DNA from: Planctomycetaceae bacterium
GTDB taxonomy: Bacteria > Planctomycetota > Planctomycetia > Pirellulales > UBA1268
Assembly (NCBI GenBank): GCA_046086245.1
Contig: JBJSXB010000253.1
Location: 1 to 52,526 of the forward strand
DNA length: 52,526 nucleotides
Direction of reading: 5' to 3'
In this document: in pieces, positions 45,645 to 52,526 of the stretch
How positions within the stretch are numbered: the first letter of the stretch is position 1
How the letters are laid out: every line of letters starts with the position of its first letter
The notes under the pieces: generated by a model
What the model saw: only the letters and a program-made list of their open reading frames with translations
What the model was told of the DNA's origin: nothing
Databases searched by the model: none
Program-made: the position numbers and the translations under genes

Positions 45645-46523
45645 ATGGCAGGTTCGACGGGTCGCCCCGCTGATCGGGATCGGCTCCTGGTGCGCTCGCT
45701 TCATGTCGCGGTCGATGGCGTGGAAATCCTCCGCGGAGTCGATCTTGAGATCGGCCGTGGCGAGGTCCACGCCCTGATGGGCCCCAACGGCTCCGGCAAG
45801 AGCACGCTGGGCTACGCGATCATGGGCCATCCGTCCTACGAGATCACTTCCGGCACGATCGAAGTGGTCGACCGCGACGGGCGGCGGCACGACCTGACGT
45901 CGATGGAGCCCGACGAGCGCGCCCGCGCCGGCGTGTTCCTCGCCTTTCAGCGTCCGATGGCGATCCCCGGTGTGCGCGTCGCCGATTTTCTGCGCCACGC
46001 GGTCACCAACGTCCGCAATCCCGACCGCAAGGAAGGGCAGGAATTGATGCCGATGCGCGAGTTCCGCGGCGAACTGAAAGCCAAGATGGCGGAACTGTCG
46101 ATGGACCCCGAGTTCGCCCGCCGCTACGTCAACGACGGCTTTTCAGGGGGCGAAATGAAGCGGGCGGAGATCCTCCAACTGGCGATGCTCCGCCCCCGGT
46201 TCGCGATCCTCGACGAGACCGACAGCGGTCTCGACGCCGATGCCGTGCGGCTCGCCAGCGAGAGCATCGCCCGCATCGGCGGTGCCGAGATGGGCATCCT
46301 GATCATCACCCACCATGAGCAGCTGCTGGAGCACAACGTGCCGTTGCGGACCCACGTGATGCTCGGCGGCCGGATCGTCGAGTCGGGGGGGCCGGAACTG
46401 GCGGCCGAGCTGCACAAACGGGGCTATGAGAGGATCAGAGCCGCCTATCCCGAGGCGGCAGCGGCGGAGCGGGCTCTCGGCGACGGCCGGGCGGCGTCCG
46501 GCACGGCGTCGGTGTCGGCTTGA
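45645..46523 (+). CDS. sufC: Fe-S cluster assembly ATPase SufC
   Basis: GGGGAGG RBS. 'LMGPNGSGKSTLG', 'FSGGEMKRAEILQL', 'AILDETDSGLD', 'ITHH'. Confidence 0.95.
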   Translation: MAGSTGRPADRDRLLVRSLHVAVDGVEILRGVDLEIGRGEVHALMGPNGSGKSTLGYAIMGHPSYEITSGTIEVVDRDGRRHDLTSMEPDERARAGVFLAFQRPMAIPGVRVADFLRHAVTNVRNPDRKEGQELMPMREFRGELKAKMAELSMDPEFARRYVNDGFSGGEMKRAEILQLAMLRPRFAILDETDSGLDADAVRLASESIARIGGAEMGILIITHHEQLLEHNVPLRTHVMLGGRIVESGGPELAAELHKRGYERIRAAYPEAAAAERALGDGRAASGTASVSA

Positions 46524-46609
46524 TGGTCGGCGTTGCGGTGATCGACGGGCGGCGGTGAACCTTGATCGATACGGGATGGACGGCGACCACGACCGGGAGA
46601 CAGACGACC

Positions 46610-48022
46610 ATGGGATCGGCCACCGACGAATCGGCGACGCTCGCGATCGGCGAGATCAACAAGTACGACTTCCGCACCGACGCACCTGCCGTGTTCAAGG
46701 CCCGGCGGGGGCTCGACGCCCAGATCGTCACGCAGATCTCGGAGATGAAGCGTGAACCGGCGTGGATGCGCGACTTCCGGCTCGCGGCGCTCGACATCTT
46801 CAACGCCAAGCCGATGCCCTCGTGGGGAGGGCGGATCGGCGTCGATTTCCAGGACATCTTCTACTACCTGAAGCCTGCCGAGCAGCAGGGGAAGACCTGG
46901 GAGGAGGTGCCCGACGCGATCAAACGGACGTTCGACAGGCTCGGCATTCCCGAGGCGGAGCGGAAGTTCCTCGCCGGCGTGAAGGCGCAGTTCGAGAGCG
47001 AGGTGGTGTACGGATCGCTGCAGGAGGATCTGGCGAAGAAGGGGGTGATCTTCACCGACACCGACACGGCGGTCCGCGAACACCCCGACCTGTTGCGCCG
47101 TTACTTCGGCACGATCATCCCCCCCACCGACAACAAGTTCGCCGCCCTCAATTCGGCCGTCTGGTCGGGAGGCTCGTTCATCTACGTACCCAAGGGGGTG
47201 ACGATCGAGTTTCCGCTGCAAGCCTACTTTCGCATCAACGCCGAGAGCATGGGGCAGTTCGAGCGGACACTGATCATCGTCGACGAAGGGGCGCACGTGC
47301 ACTACGTCGAGGGATGCACGGCGCCGATGTACTCCACGGAGAGCCTCCACTCGGCGGTCGTCGAGATCGTGGTCAAGAAGCACGGCCGCTGCCGTTACAC
47401 GACGATCCAGAATTGGGCGAACAACATCTACAACCTCGTCACCAAGCGGGCGATGGCCTACGAGGGGGCGTTGATGGAATGGATCGACGGCAATCTCGGC
47501 AGCCAGCTGACGATGAAGTACCCCGCGGTCTACATGATGGAGCCCGGTGCCCGCGGCGAGATCCTCTCGATCGCCTTCGCGTCGGCTGGGCAGCACCAGG
47601 ACGCCGGGGCGAAGCTCGTCCACGCCGCTCCGCACACCAGCGGGCGAATCGTATCGAAGAGCATCTCCAAGAACGGCGGCCGCGCGAGTTACCGTGGCTT
47701 GGTGCGTATCGAACCCGGCGCGAAGAAGAGCCGTTCGAGCGTCGTCTGTGACGCCCTCATCCTCGACGACAAAAGCCGCAGCGACACCTATCCCTACATC
47801 GAGGTGGAGGAGCAGGACGTGTCGATCGGCCACGAGGCGAGCGTCTCGAAAATCGGCGAAGAGCAGCTTTTCTATCTCACCAGCCGCGGGCTCAGCGAGG
47901 CGGAGGCGAGCACGATGATCGTCGGCGGGTTCATCGAGCCGCTCGTCAAGGAGCTGCCGATGGAATACGCCGTCGAAATGAACAAGCTCATTCAACTGCA
48001 GATGGAAGGCTCGGTGGGGTGA
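46610..48022 (+). CDS. sufB: Fe-S cluster assembly scaffold SufB
   Basis: 'INKYDF', '[13 protein letters not shown]', '[12 protein letters not shown]', 'HYVEGCTAP', '[17 protein letters not shown]', '[18 protein letters not shown]'. Confidence 0.95.
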   Translation: MGSATDESATLAIGEINKYDFRTDAPAVFKARRGLDAQIVTQISEMKREPAWMRDFRLAALDIFNAKPMPSWGGRIGVDFQDIFYYLKPAEQQGKTWEEVPDAIKRTFDRLGIPEAERKFLAGVKAQFESEVVYGSLQEDLAKKGVIFTDTDTAVREHPDLLRRYFGTIIPPTDNKFAALNSAVWSGGSFIYVPKGVTIEFPLQAYFRINAESMGQFERTLIIVDEGAHVHYVEGCTAPMYSTESLHSAVVEIVVKKHGRCRYTTIQNWANNIYNLVTKRAMAYEGALMEWIDGNLGSQLTMKYPAVYMMEPGARGEILSIAFASAGQHQDAGAKLVHAAPHTSGRIVSKSISKNGGRASYRGLVRIEPGAKKSRSSVVCDALILDDKSRSDTYPYIEVEEQDVSIGHEASVSKIGEEQLFYLTSRGLSEAEASTMIVGGFIEPLVKELPMEYAVEMNKLIQLQMEGSVG

Positions 48023-48026
48023 CGCG

Positions 48027-49451
48027 ATGAGCTCGGCACCGGCCAATCCCGTTCCGTCGACCGTGCAGCCGTCCGGTTTCGATCGCGACGCATTCGAGCG
48101 ACTGCGCGTCTCGGAGCCGCTGCCGGAATGGGCGGACGCCCGCCGCCGCGAGGCGTTCACCGCACTGGCCGGCCTCGGCCTTCCCGATCGGCGTGCCGAA
48201 CACTGGATGCGGACCGACCTGCGCTTGTTTCGGCCCGCTGCCTGGAGGCCGTCCCCGCCGGTGGCGGCCGGTGCGGCGGTGCCGGCCGGGCTTCTCGCCG
48301 ATGCCATCGCCGCCGACGCAGCGGATGGCGCGGATGGCGTGGCGGGTGCCGATCTCGGCGGGGAGTCCCACCGTGGTCCGGCCGAGGAACGGCGGCTCGC
48401 CGGCCGCCTCGTGTCGCTCGACGGTCAGCCGATCCGCGCCGAACTCGACCCCGATCTGGTCCGCCGCGGGGTGCGATTCGGATGGGCGACGCAGTTGCTG
48501 CCCGAGGTCGACGCGCATGTCCGCGACCGCTGGTTCCGGGTGATCGATCCCTCCGCCGACTATTTTTCACGGCTTCACGCCGCCTTCCATCGGGCCAGCG
48601 CCCTGCTCTGGGTGCCCGACGGAGTGAGGGTCGCGGCACCGCTTCACGTGCTGGCGACGGTCGGCGCCGGCGGTGTCGATACGTCCCACGTGCTGGTCGT
48701 CCTCGGAGAGGGTGCCGAGGCGACGCTGCTCACGGAGACGGCTGGCGGCGGCCCCGCGGGCACCAGCGGAGGTCTGCACTGCGGCGGCACCGAAATCGTC
48801 GTCGGCCGCGGGGCGTCGCTGCGGATGGTGAATCTGCAGAACTGGAACACCGGGGTCTGGCATTTCGCCCGTCAGCGGGCGATCGTCGAGGAGAGCGGGA
48901 GGCTGCAGTGGACCCTGGGGGCGCTCGGGAGCCGGCTCTCCCAGGTCGCCCAGGACGTCGCACTCGAAGGTCGCCGTGCCGAAGCCCAGGTCAACGGCGT
49001 GATGTTCACCGAGGGGAAGCAGCAGCTGGTCTACAACACGCTCCAGCACCATCGCGCCGCCGCGTGCCGGAGCGACCTGCTCTACAAGGGGGCGCTGCAG
49101 GACCGCTCTCGTCTCGTCTGGCGGGGCATGATCAAGGTCGACAAGGACGCGCAGCGCACCGACGGCTACCAGCGCAACGACACCCTGATGCTCTCGCCGG
49201 AGGCCCGGTCCGACTCGATTCCGGGGCTGGAGATCGAAGCCGACGACGTGCGCTGTACCCACGGCGCGACCAGCGGCAGGGTCGACACCGATCAGATCTT
49301 CTACGCCCAGGCGCGCGGGTTGTCGGCGGACGAAGCGGCCCGCTTGGTGGTGGCGGGGTTCTTCCAGCAGGTGTTCGACAGGATCACGATACCGCCGGTC
49401 CGCGAGGCCCTGGCCGCGGCGATCGGCCGCCGGATCCGCCGCGTGTCCTGA
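48027..49451 (+). CDS. sufD: Fe-S cluster assembly protein SufD
   Basis: Starts 4 nt after the sufB stop. C-terminal SufBD beta-helix: 'LLYKGALQDRSRLVWRGMIKV', 'TDGYQRNDTLMLS', 'IPGLEIEADDVRCTHGATSG', 'FYAQARGLS'. Confidence 0.9.
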   Translation: MSSAPANPVPSTVQPSGFDRDAFERLRVSEPLPEWADARRREAFTALAGLGLPDRRAEHWMRTDLRLFRPAAWRPSPPVAAGAAVPAGLLADAIAADAADGADGVAGADLGGESHRGPAEERRLAGRLVSLDGQPIRAELDPDLVRRGVRFGWATQLLPEVDAHVRDRWFRVIDPSADYFSRLHAAFHRASALLWVPDGVRVAAPLHVLATVGAGGVDTSHVLVVLGEGAEATLLTETAGGGPAGTSGGLHCGGTEIVVGRGASLRMVNLQNWNTGVWHFARQRAIVEESGRLQWTLGALGSRLSQVAQDVALEGRRAEAQVNGVMFTEGKQQLVYNTLQHHRAAACRSDLLYKGALQDRSRLVWRGMIKVDKDAQRTDGYQRNDTLMLSPEARSDSIPGLEIEADDVRCTHGATSGRVDTDQIFYAQARGLSADEAARLVVAGFFQQVFDRITIPPVREALAAAIGRRIRRVS

Positions 49452-49519
49452 CCGACCCGCCACCGACCGGGCGGACCCGGCGCGGGGCTGGCGACGAGCC
49501 GACTTCCGAGGAGCGAGCG

Positions 49520-50290
49520 ATGGAGGGTTTCGTCCGCGTGGCCGATGTCGGGACTCTGCCGCCCGGCGGGCGGATGCTCGTCGAGGTGGAGGGCGAGGTC
49601 GTGGCACTGTTCCACGTCGAAGGGGCCTACCATGCGATCGACGACGTGTGCACGCACGACGGTGGCACGCTCGCGGACGGGCCCCTCGCCGGTCACGTCG
49701 TCGCCTGTCCGCGGCACGGCGCCACGTTCGACGTCCGCTCTGGCGCCGCACTGTCGATGCCGGCCGTGCGCCCGACGCGATGCCACGACGTGCGGGTCAT
49801 CGACGGCGGGGTATGGTTGCGGCTCCGCGACGGTACGGCCTCCGCCGCCCCCGCCGCCACGGACACGCCCGCCGCCCTGTCGGACCCCGGCCGGGGCACG
49901 GGCGGGGCTGCCGGCGGCGGCGATCGCCCCCCGTCGAACGATCGCCCCGCCGCGGACGGCATTGCCGACGGCTTGAGCGAGGATGCGGTGCGCGAGATGC
50001 TCCGCGAGGTGAAGGATCCGGAGCTGTTCGTCAACATCGTCGACCTCGGGCTGATCTACGGGGTCACGGTCGGCCCTGCGGCCGACGATCCGTCGGGGCG
50101 TCAGGTGTCGATCGACATGACCATGACCAGCCCCGCGTGTCCGGCCGGTCCCCAGCTGATCGCCGACACGAAGCGGGCGGTCGGCCGCCATGGATCGGTG
50201 CGCGGTGTCGAGGTGCGAATCGTGATGGATCCTCCCTGGACGCCCGACCGCATGACCGATGCCGCACGTGACCAACTCGGCATCTTCTGA
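49520..50290 (+). CDS. Fusion protein: Rieske [2Fe-2S] ferredoxin domain plus SufT/DUF59 (MIP18-like) domain
   Basis: GAGGAG RBS. N-terminal Rieske boxes 'CTHDGGTL' and 'CPRHGATF'. About 50-aa Ala/Gly/Pro linker. C-terminal 'VKDPELFVNIVDLGLIYGV' and 'MTMTSPACPAG', typical of DUF59. Only the last 257 codons of the 48128..50290 ORF are real. Confidence 0.8.
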   Translation: MEGFVRVADVGTLPPGGRMLVEVEGEVVALFHVEGAYHAIDDVCTHDGGTLADGPLAGHVVACPRHGATFDVRSGAALSMPAVRPTRCHDVRVIDGGVWLRLRDGTASAAPAATDTPAALSDPGRGTGGAAGGGDRPPSNDRPAADGIADGLSEDAVREMLREVKDPELFVNIVDLGLIYGVTVGPAADDPSGRQVSIDMTMTSPACPAGPQLIADTKRAVGRHGSVRGVEVRIVMDPPWTPDRMTDAARDQLGIF

Positions 50291-50305
50291 CGCGCAGGCC
50301 ACGCC

Positions 50306-51382
50306 GTGCAGGTGGTCGTCCACGAGTGGTCGTGTTCGGGAGGACTGCGCGGTCCGGCCGCCGCCGCCGTCGTCGGATCGGCTGCCGATCGACGCGTCCT
50401 CGAGACGATCGTCACCGAGGGGCGACAGATGCTCGCCGCCCTCGTCGCCGACGCGGCACGCGCACGAGATCTCCGACTCACGGTGCTGATCGACGAGGCA
50501 CTGGTCGGCTCGTTTCCGGTACCGGCGGGGACGTCCACGCGCGTCGCGAGCGTGCCGCCCGGCGACGAGGAGTCGTGCCTCGTGCGCGCCGCGCGGTCGG
50601 CCGACTGGGTGGTGACCATCGCCCCGGAAACGGCCGGCACTCTCGCCGCGCGTGTCGGGTGGCTCCGCGCCACGCGCGCCCGCGTTGCCGCACCGCCACC
50701 TTCATTCGTCGCCGTCGCCGCCGACAAGCAGGCCACCGTGACGGCCCTGGCCGCCGCCGGCGTGCCGGTGCCGGCCGGACGGGTGTTGGCGGCGGGGGAG
50801 CCGTGGCCAACCGGGTTCGCCCTTCCGGCGGTCGTCAAAACGCTCGACGGCTGTGGTGGTGACGGGTTCCTGCGAATTCACCACCCTCTGGATCTGCCCC
50901 CCGCGCCGCGTCCCCGGCGGCTCGAGGCGCTGGCGACTGGAATGCCGGTCGGCGTGTCGTGCCTGTGCGGTCCGTCGGGCGTCGTCGCCTTGCCTCCCGT
51001 ACGACAACGGTTTTCGGCGGGCCGGTCGCCGCGGTTTCTCGGGGGCGAACATCCGCTCGACGCGCCGCTGGCGCGCCGCGCCGCAACGCTCGGCGTGCGG
51101 GCGATCGGCGCGGTCGGGCGTGCCACCGCGCCGGCCGTCGGATGGGTGGGAGTCGACATGATCCTCGGCACCCGCGACGATGGCGGGGACGATCGCGTGC
51201 TCGAGGTGAATCCGCGGCTCACCACGTCCTTCGTCGGACTGGCGCCGAGCGGCGACCGCAGCCTGCTGGAAACCCTGTTGGCCCATGCCGCCGGCGAGGC
51301 GGTCAGTTGGCGCGCCGACGGTGGTTCGTTTTCCACCGTCATCGCGGCGTCGGAGTCGTGCGATGCGGCCATCCCTTCCTGA
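50306..51382 (+). CDS. ATP-grasp enzyme (MfnD/COG1821-like, cofactor gamma-glutamyl ligase type)
   Basis: GTG start. 'VVVHEWSCSGGL' N-terminus, 'DKQATVTALAAAGVPVP', 'PAVVKTLDGCGGDG', and the late Mg/ATP motif 'VDMILG....VLEVNPRLTTS'. Confidence 0.65.
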   Translation: MQVVVHEWSCSGGLRGPAAAAVVGSAADRRVLETIVTEGRQMLAALVADAARARDLRLTVLIDEALVGSFPVPAGTSTRVASVPPGDEESCLVRAARSADWVVTIAPETAGTLAARVGWLRATRARVAAPPPSFVAVAADKQATVTALAAAGVPVPAGRVLAAGEPWPTGFALPAVVKTLDGCGGDGFLRIHHPLDLPPAPRPRRLEALATGMPVGVSCLCGPSGVVALPPVRQRFSAGRSPRFLGGEHPLDAPLARRAATLGVRAIGAVGRATAPAVGWVGVDMILGTRDDGGDDRVLEVNPRLTTSFVGLAPSGDRSLLETLLAHAAGEAVSWRADGGSFSTVIAASESCDAAIPS

Positions 51383-52415
51383 GGCGGTTGTTCACGACGC
51401 ATCCGGCCTGCTCGCCCTCGACGTGGGCGGTGCGAATCTCAAGGCCGCCGACGGGCGCGGATTCACCCATGCAGAATCGCTTCCACTGTGGCGCGATCCC
51501 GCCGCGCTGGCCGATCGGATCGGCGCGCTGGTCGCCCGCCGCCGACCCGCCCGGGTGGTGGCCACGATGACCGGCGAGATCGCCGACTGTTTCGCCTCGC
51601 GCCGCGAAGGGGTCGCGGCGATCGTCACCGCCGTCGAAGACGCCGCCCGCACTGGCGGTTGCGCGTCGCAGGTGCTGTTGGTGGATGGGTCGCTCGTCGC
51701 GCCGGCGGCCGCCCGGGAACGGTGGGAGGAGGCCGCCGCGGCGAATTGGCACGTGCTCGCCCGGTTGGCCGCCGCCCACGCTCCCGCCTGGCCGGCCCTG
51801 CTGATCGACGTCGGCTCCACGACGACCGACATCGTGCCCCTCGCCGACGGACGACCGGCGCCCGCCGCCCGCGACGATCACGGCCGCTTGGCCGCCGGTG
51901 AGTTGGTCTATACCGGCGTCGAGCGGACGCCGCTGGCGGCCCTGGTCCGGGCCGTGAGGCGCGACGGGGTCTGGCAGCCGGTGGTCGCCGAGCGCTACGC
52001 CGAATCACGCGACGTGTGGGTCTGGTCGGGGGAACTGGTCGAGGACCCGGCCTCCACCAACACCGCCGACGGGCGACCGCTGACACGGGAGGCGTCGTGC
52101 GCGCGGTTGGCGCGGATGCTGCTCGAGGAACCGGATCGCTTCGATGCCGCCGATGCCGAGCGGTTCGCCCGCCGGTGTGCCGACGCGCAGACGCGTCTCG
52201 TCGCCCGGGGTGTCACCCGCGTCGTGAGCCGTCTCGGCGGGCTTCCAGCCGCCGTCGTGCTGTCCGGTCATGGCGAGTTTCTCGCCCGCCGCGCCCTCGA
52301 CCGTGTCGGCTGGCAAGGGCCGCTGGTCTCGTTGGGGGCGCGGCTGGGTTCGGCGATCGCCCGGGTGGCGCCGGCCCATGCGCTGGCGTTGGTCGCCCTC
52401 GGGGAGCTGCGATGA
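51363..52415 (+). CDS. Hydantoinase/oxoprolinase-like 'H4MPT-linked C1 transfer pathway' protein (MfnF/Orf9-like)
   Basis: ASKHA-type phosphate motifs 'LALDVGGANLK' and 'LIDVGSTTTDIVPL', plus 'ELVYTGVERTPL'. Overlaps the upstream gene by 20 nt and the downstream start by ATGA. Confidence 0.7.
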   Translation: MRPSLPEAVVHDASGLLALDVGGANLKAADGRGFTHAESLPLWRDPAALADRIGALVARRRPARVVATMTGEIADCFASRREGVAAIVTAVEDAARTGGCASQVLLVDGSLVAPAAARERWEEAAAANWHVLARLAAAHAPAWPALLIDVGSTTTDIVPLADGRPAPAARDDHGRLAAGELVYTGVERTPLAALVRAVRRDGVWQPVVAERYAESRDVWVWSGELVEDPASTNTADGRPLTREASCARLARMLLEEPDRFDAADAERFARRCADAQTRLVARGVTRVVSRLGGLPAAVVLSGHGEFLARRALDRVGWQGPLVSLGARLGSAIARVAPAHALALVALGELR

Positions 52416-52526
52416 ATCCGGCCCGCGGATGGCAGGGAGGCGTCGGTGTGGCGGGCGCCGCCGACCGCCCTGCGGTGGTGAAGTGCGGAGGCAGCCTGCT
52501 GTCGGGCGTCGGCTGGCAGACGCGGC
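52412..52526 (+). CDS. Amino-acid-kinase-family protein (MfnE/Orf17-like), 5' fragment cut by the window edge
   Basis: ATGA overlap with the previous gene. The translated 'AVVKCGGSLLSG' matches the N-terminal 'vvKxGGS' motif of the aspartate/glutamate/uridylate kinase fold. Only 38 codons are visible. Confidence 0.45.
   Translation, partial: MNPARGWQGGVGVAGAADRPAVVKCGGSLLSGVGWQTR

Noticed and set aside
48128-49519. The upstream 464 codons of the 720-aa ORF 48128..50290
   Set aside because: This part overlaps sufD out of frame and is Arg/Pro-rich. Only the segment from ATG 49520, which has its own GAGGAG RBS, shows the Rieske and DUF59 motifs.

Overview
This is a very GC-rich bacterial chromosomal segment. 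Third codon positions are almost all G/C, and every real gene is shadowed by long Arg/Pro/Ala/Gly-rich antisense or out-of-frame ORFs. The gene content points to a Planctomycetota-like organism: DUF1501, a short second SecA, methanofuran/H4MPT-linked cofactor genes, many lipoproteins, and a sparse flagellar regulatory set. That assignment is an inference and was not verified. I support 44 CDS and one tRNA-Cys. There is no rRNA, CRISPR array, transposase, integrase or recognisable defence gene.

Most of the window is housekeeping:
- pdxA, clpX, holA, purB, fur
- flhA-fliA-flgM
- TerC, dcp, nadE
- gnd-SDR-zwf
- two dus paralogs and queG
- sufR-nuoB-sufCBD plus a Rieske/SufT fusion

The least explained parts:
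1. A translationally coupled trio of exported proteins at 5297-8611. Two of them share a private domain and the third ends in a DUF11-like module. A LolA-like gene lies divergently upstream.
2. A co-directional block at 38449-42837: a Q/N-rich lipoprotein, a SecA paralog cut off just after the scaffold helix, and a TolC-helix-like secreted protein.
3. An orphan nuoB wedged inside the suf operon, and a fused Rieske-SufT gene.
4. A methanofuran/H4MPT-type cofactor cluster that runs off the 3' edge.

All function calls rest on motif recognition by eye. No searches were run.
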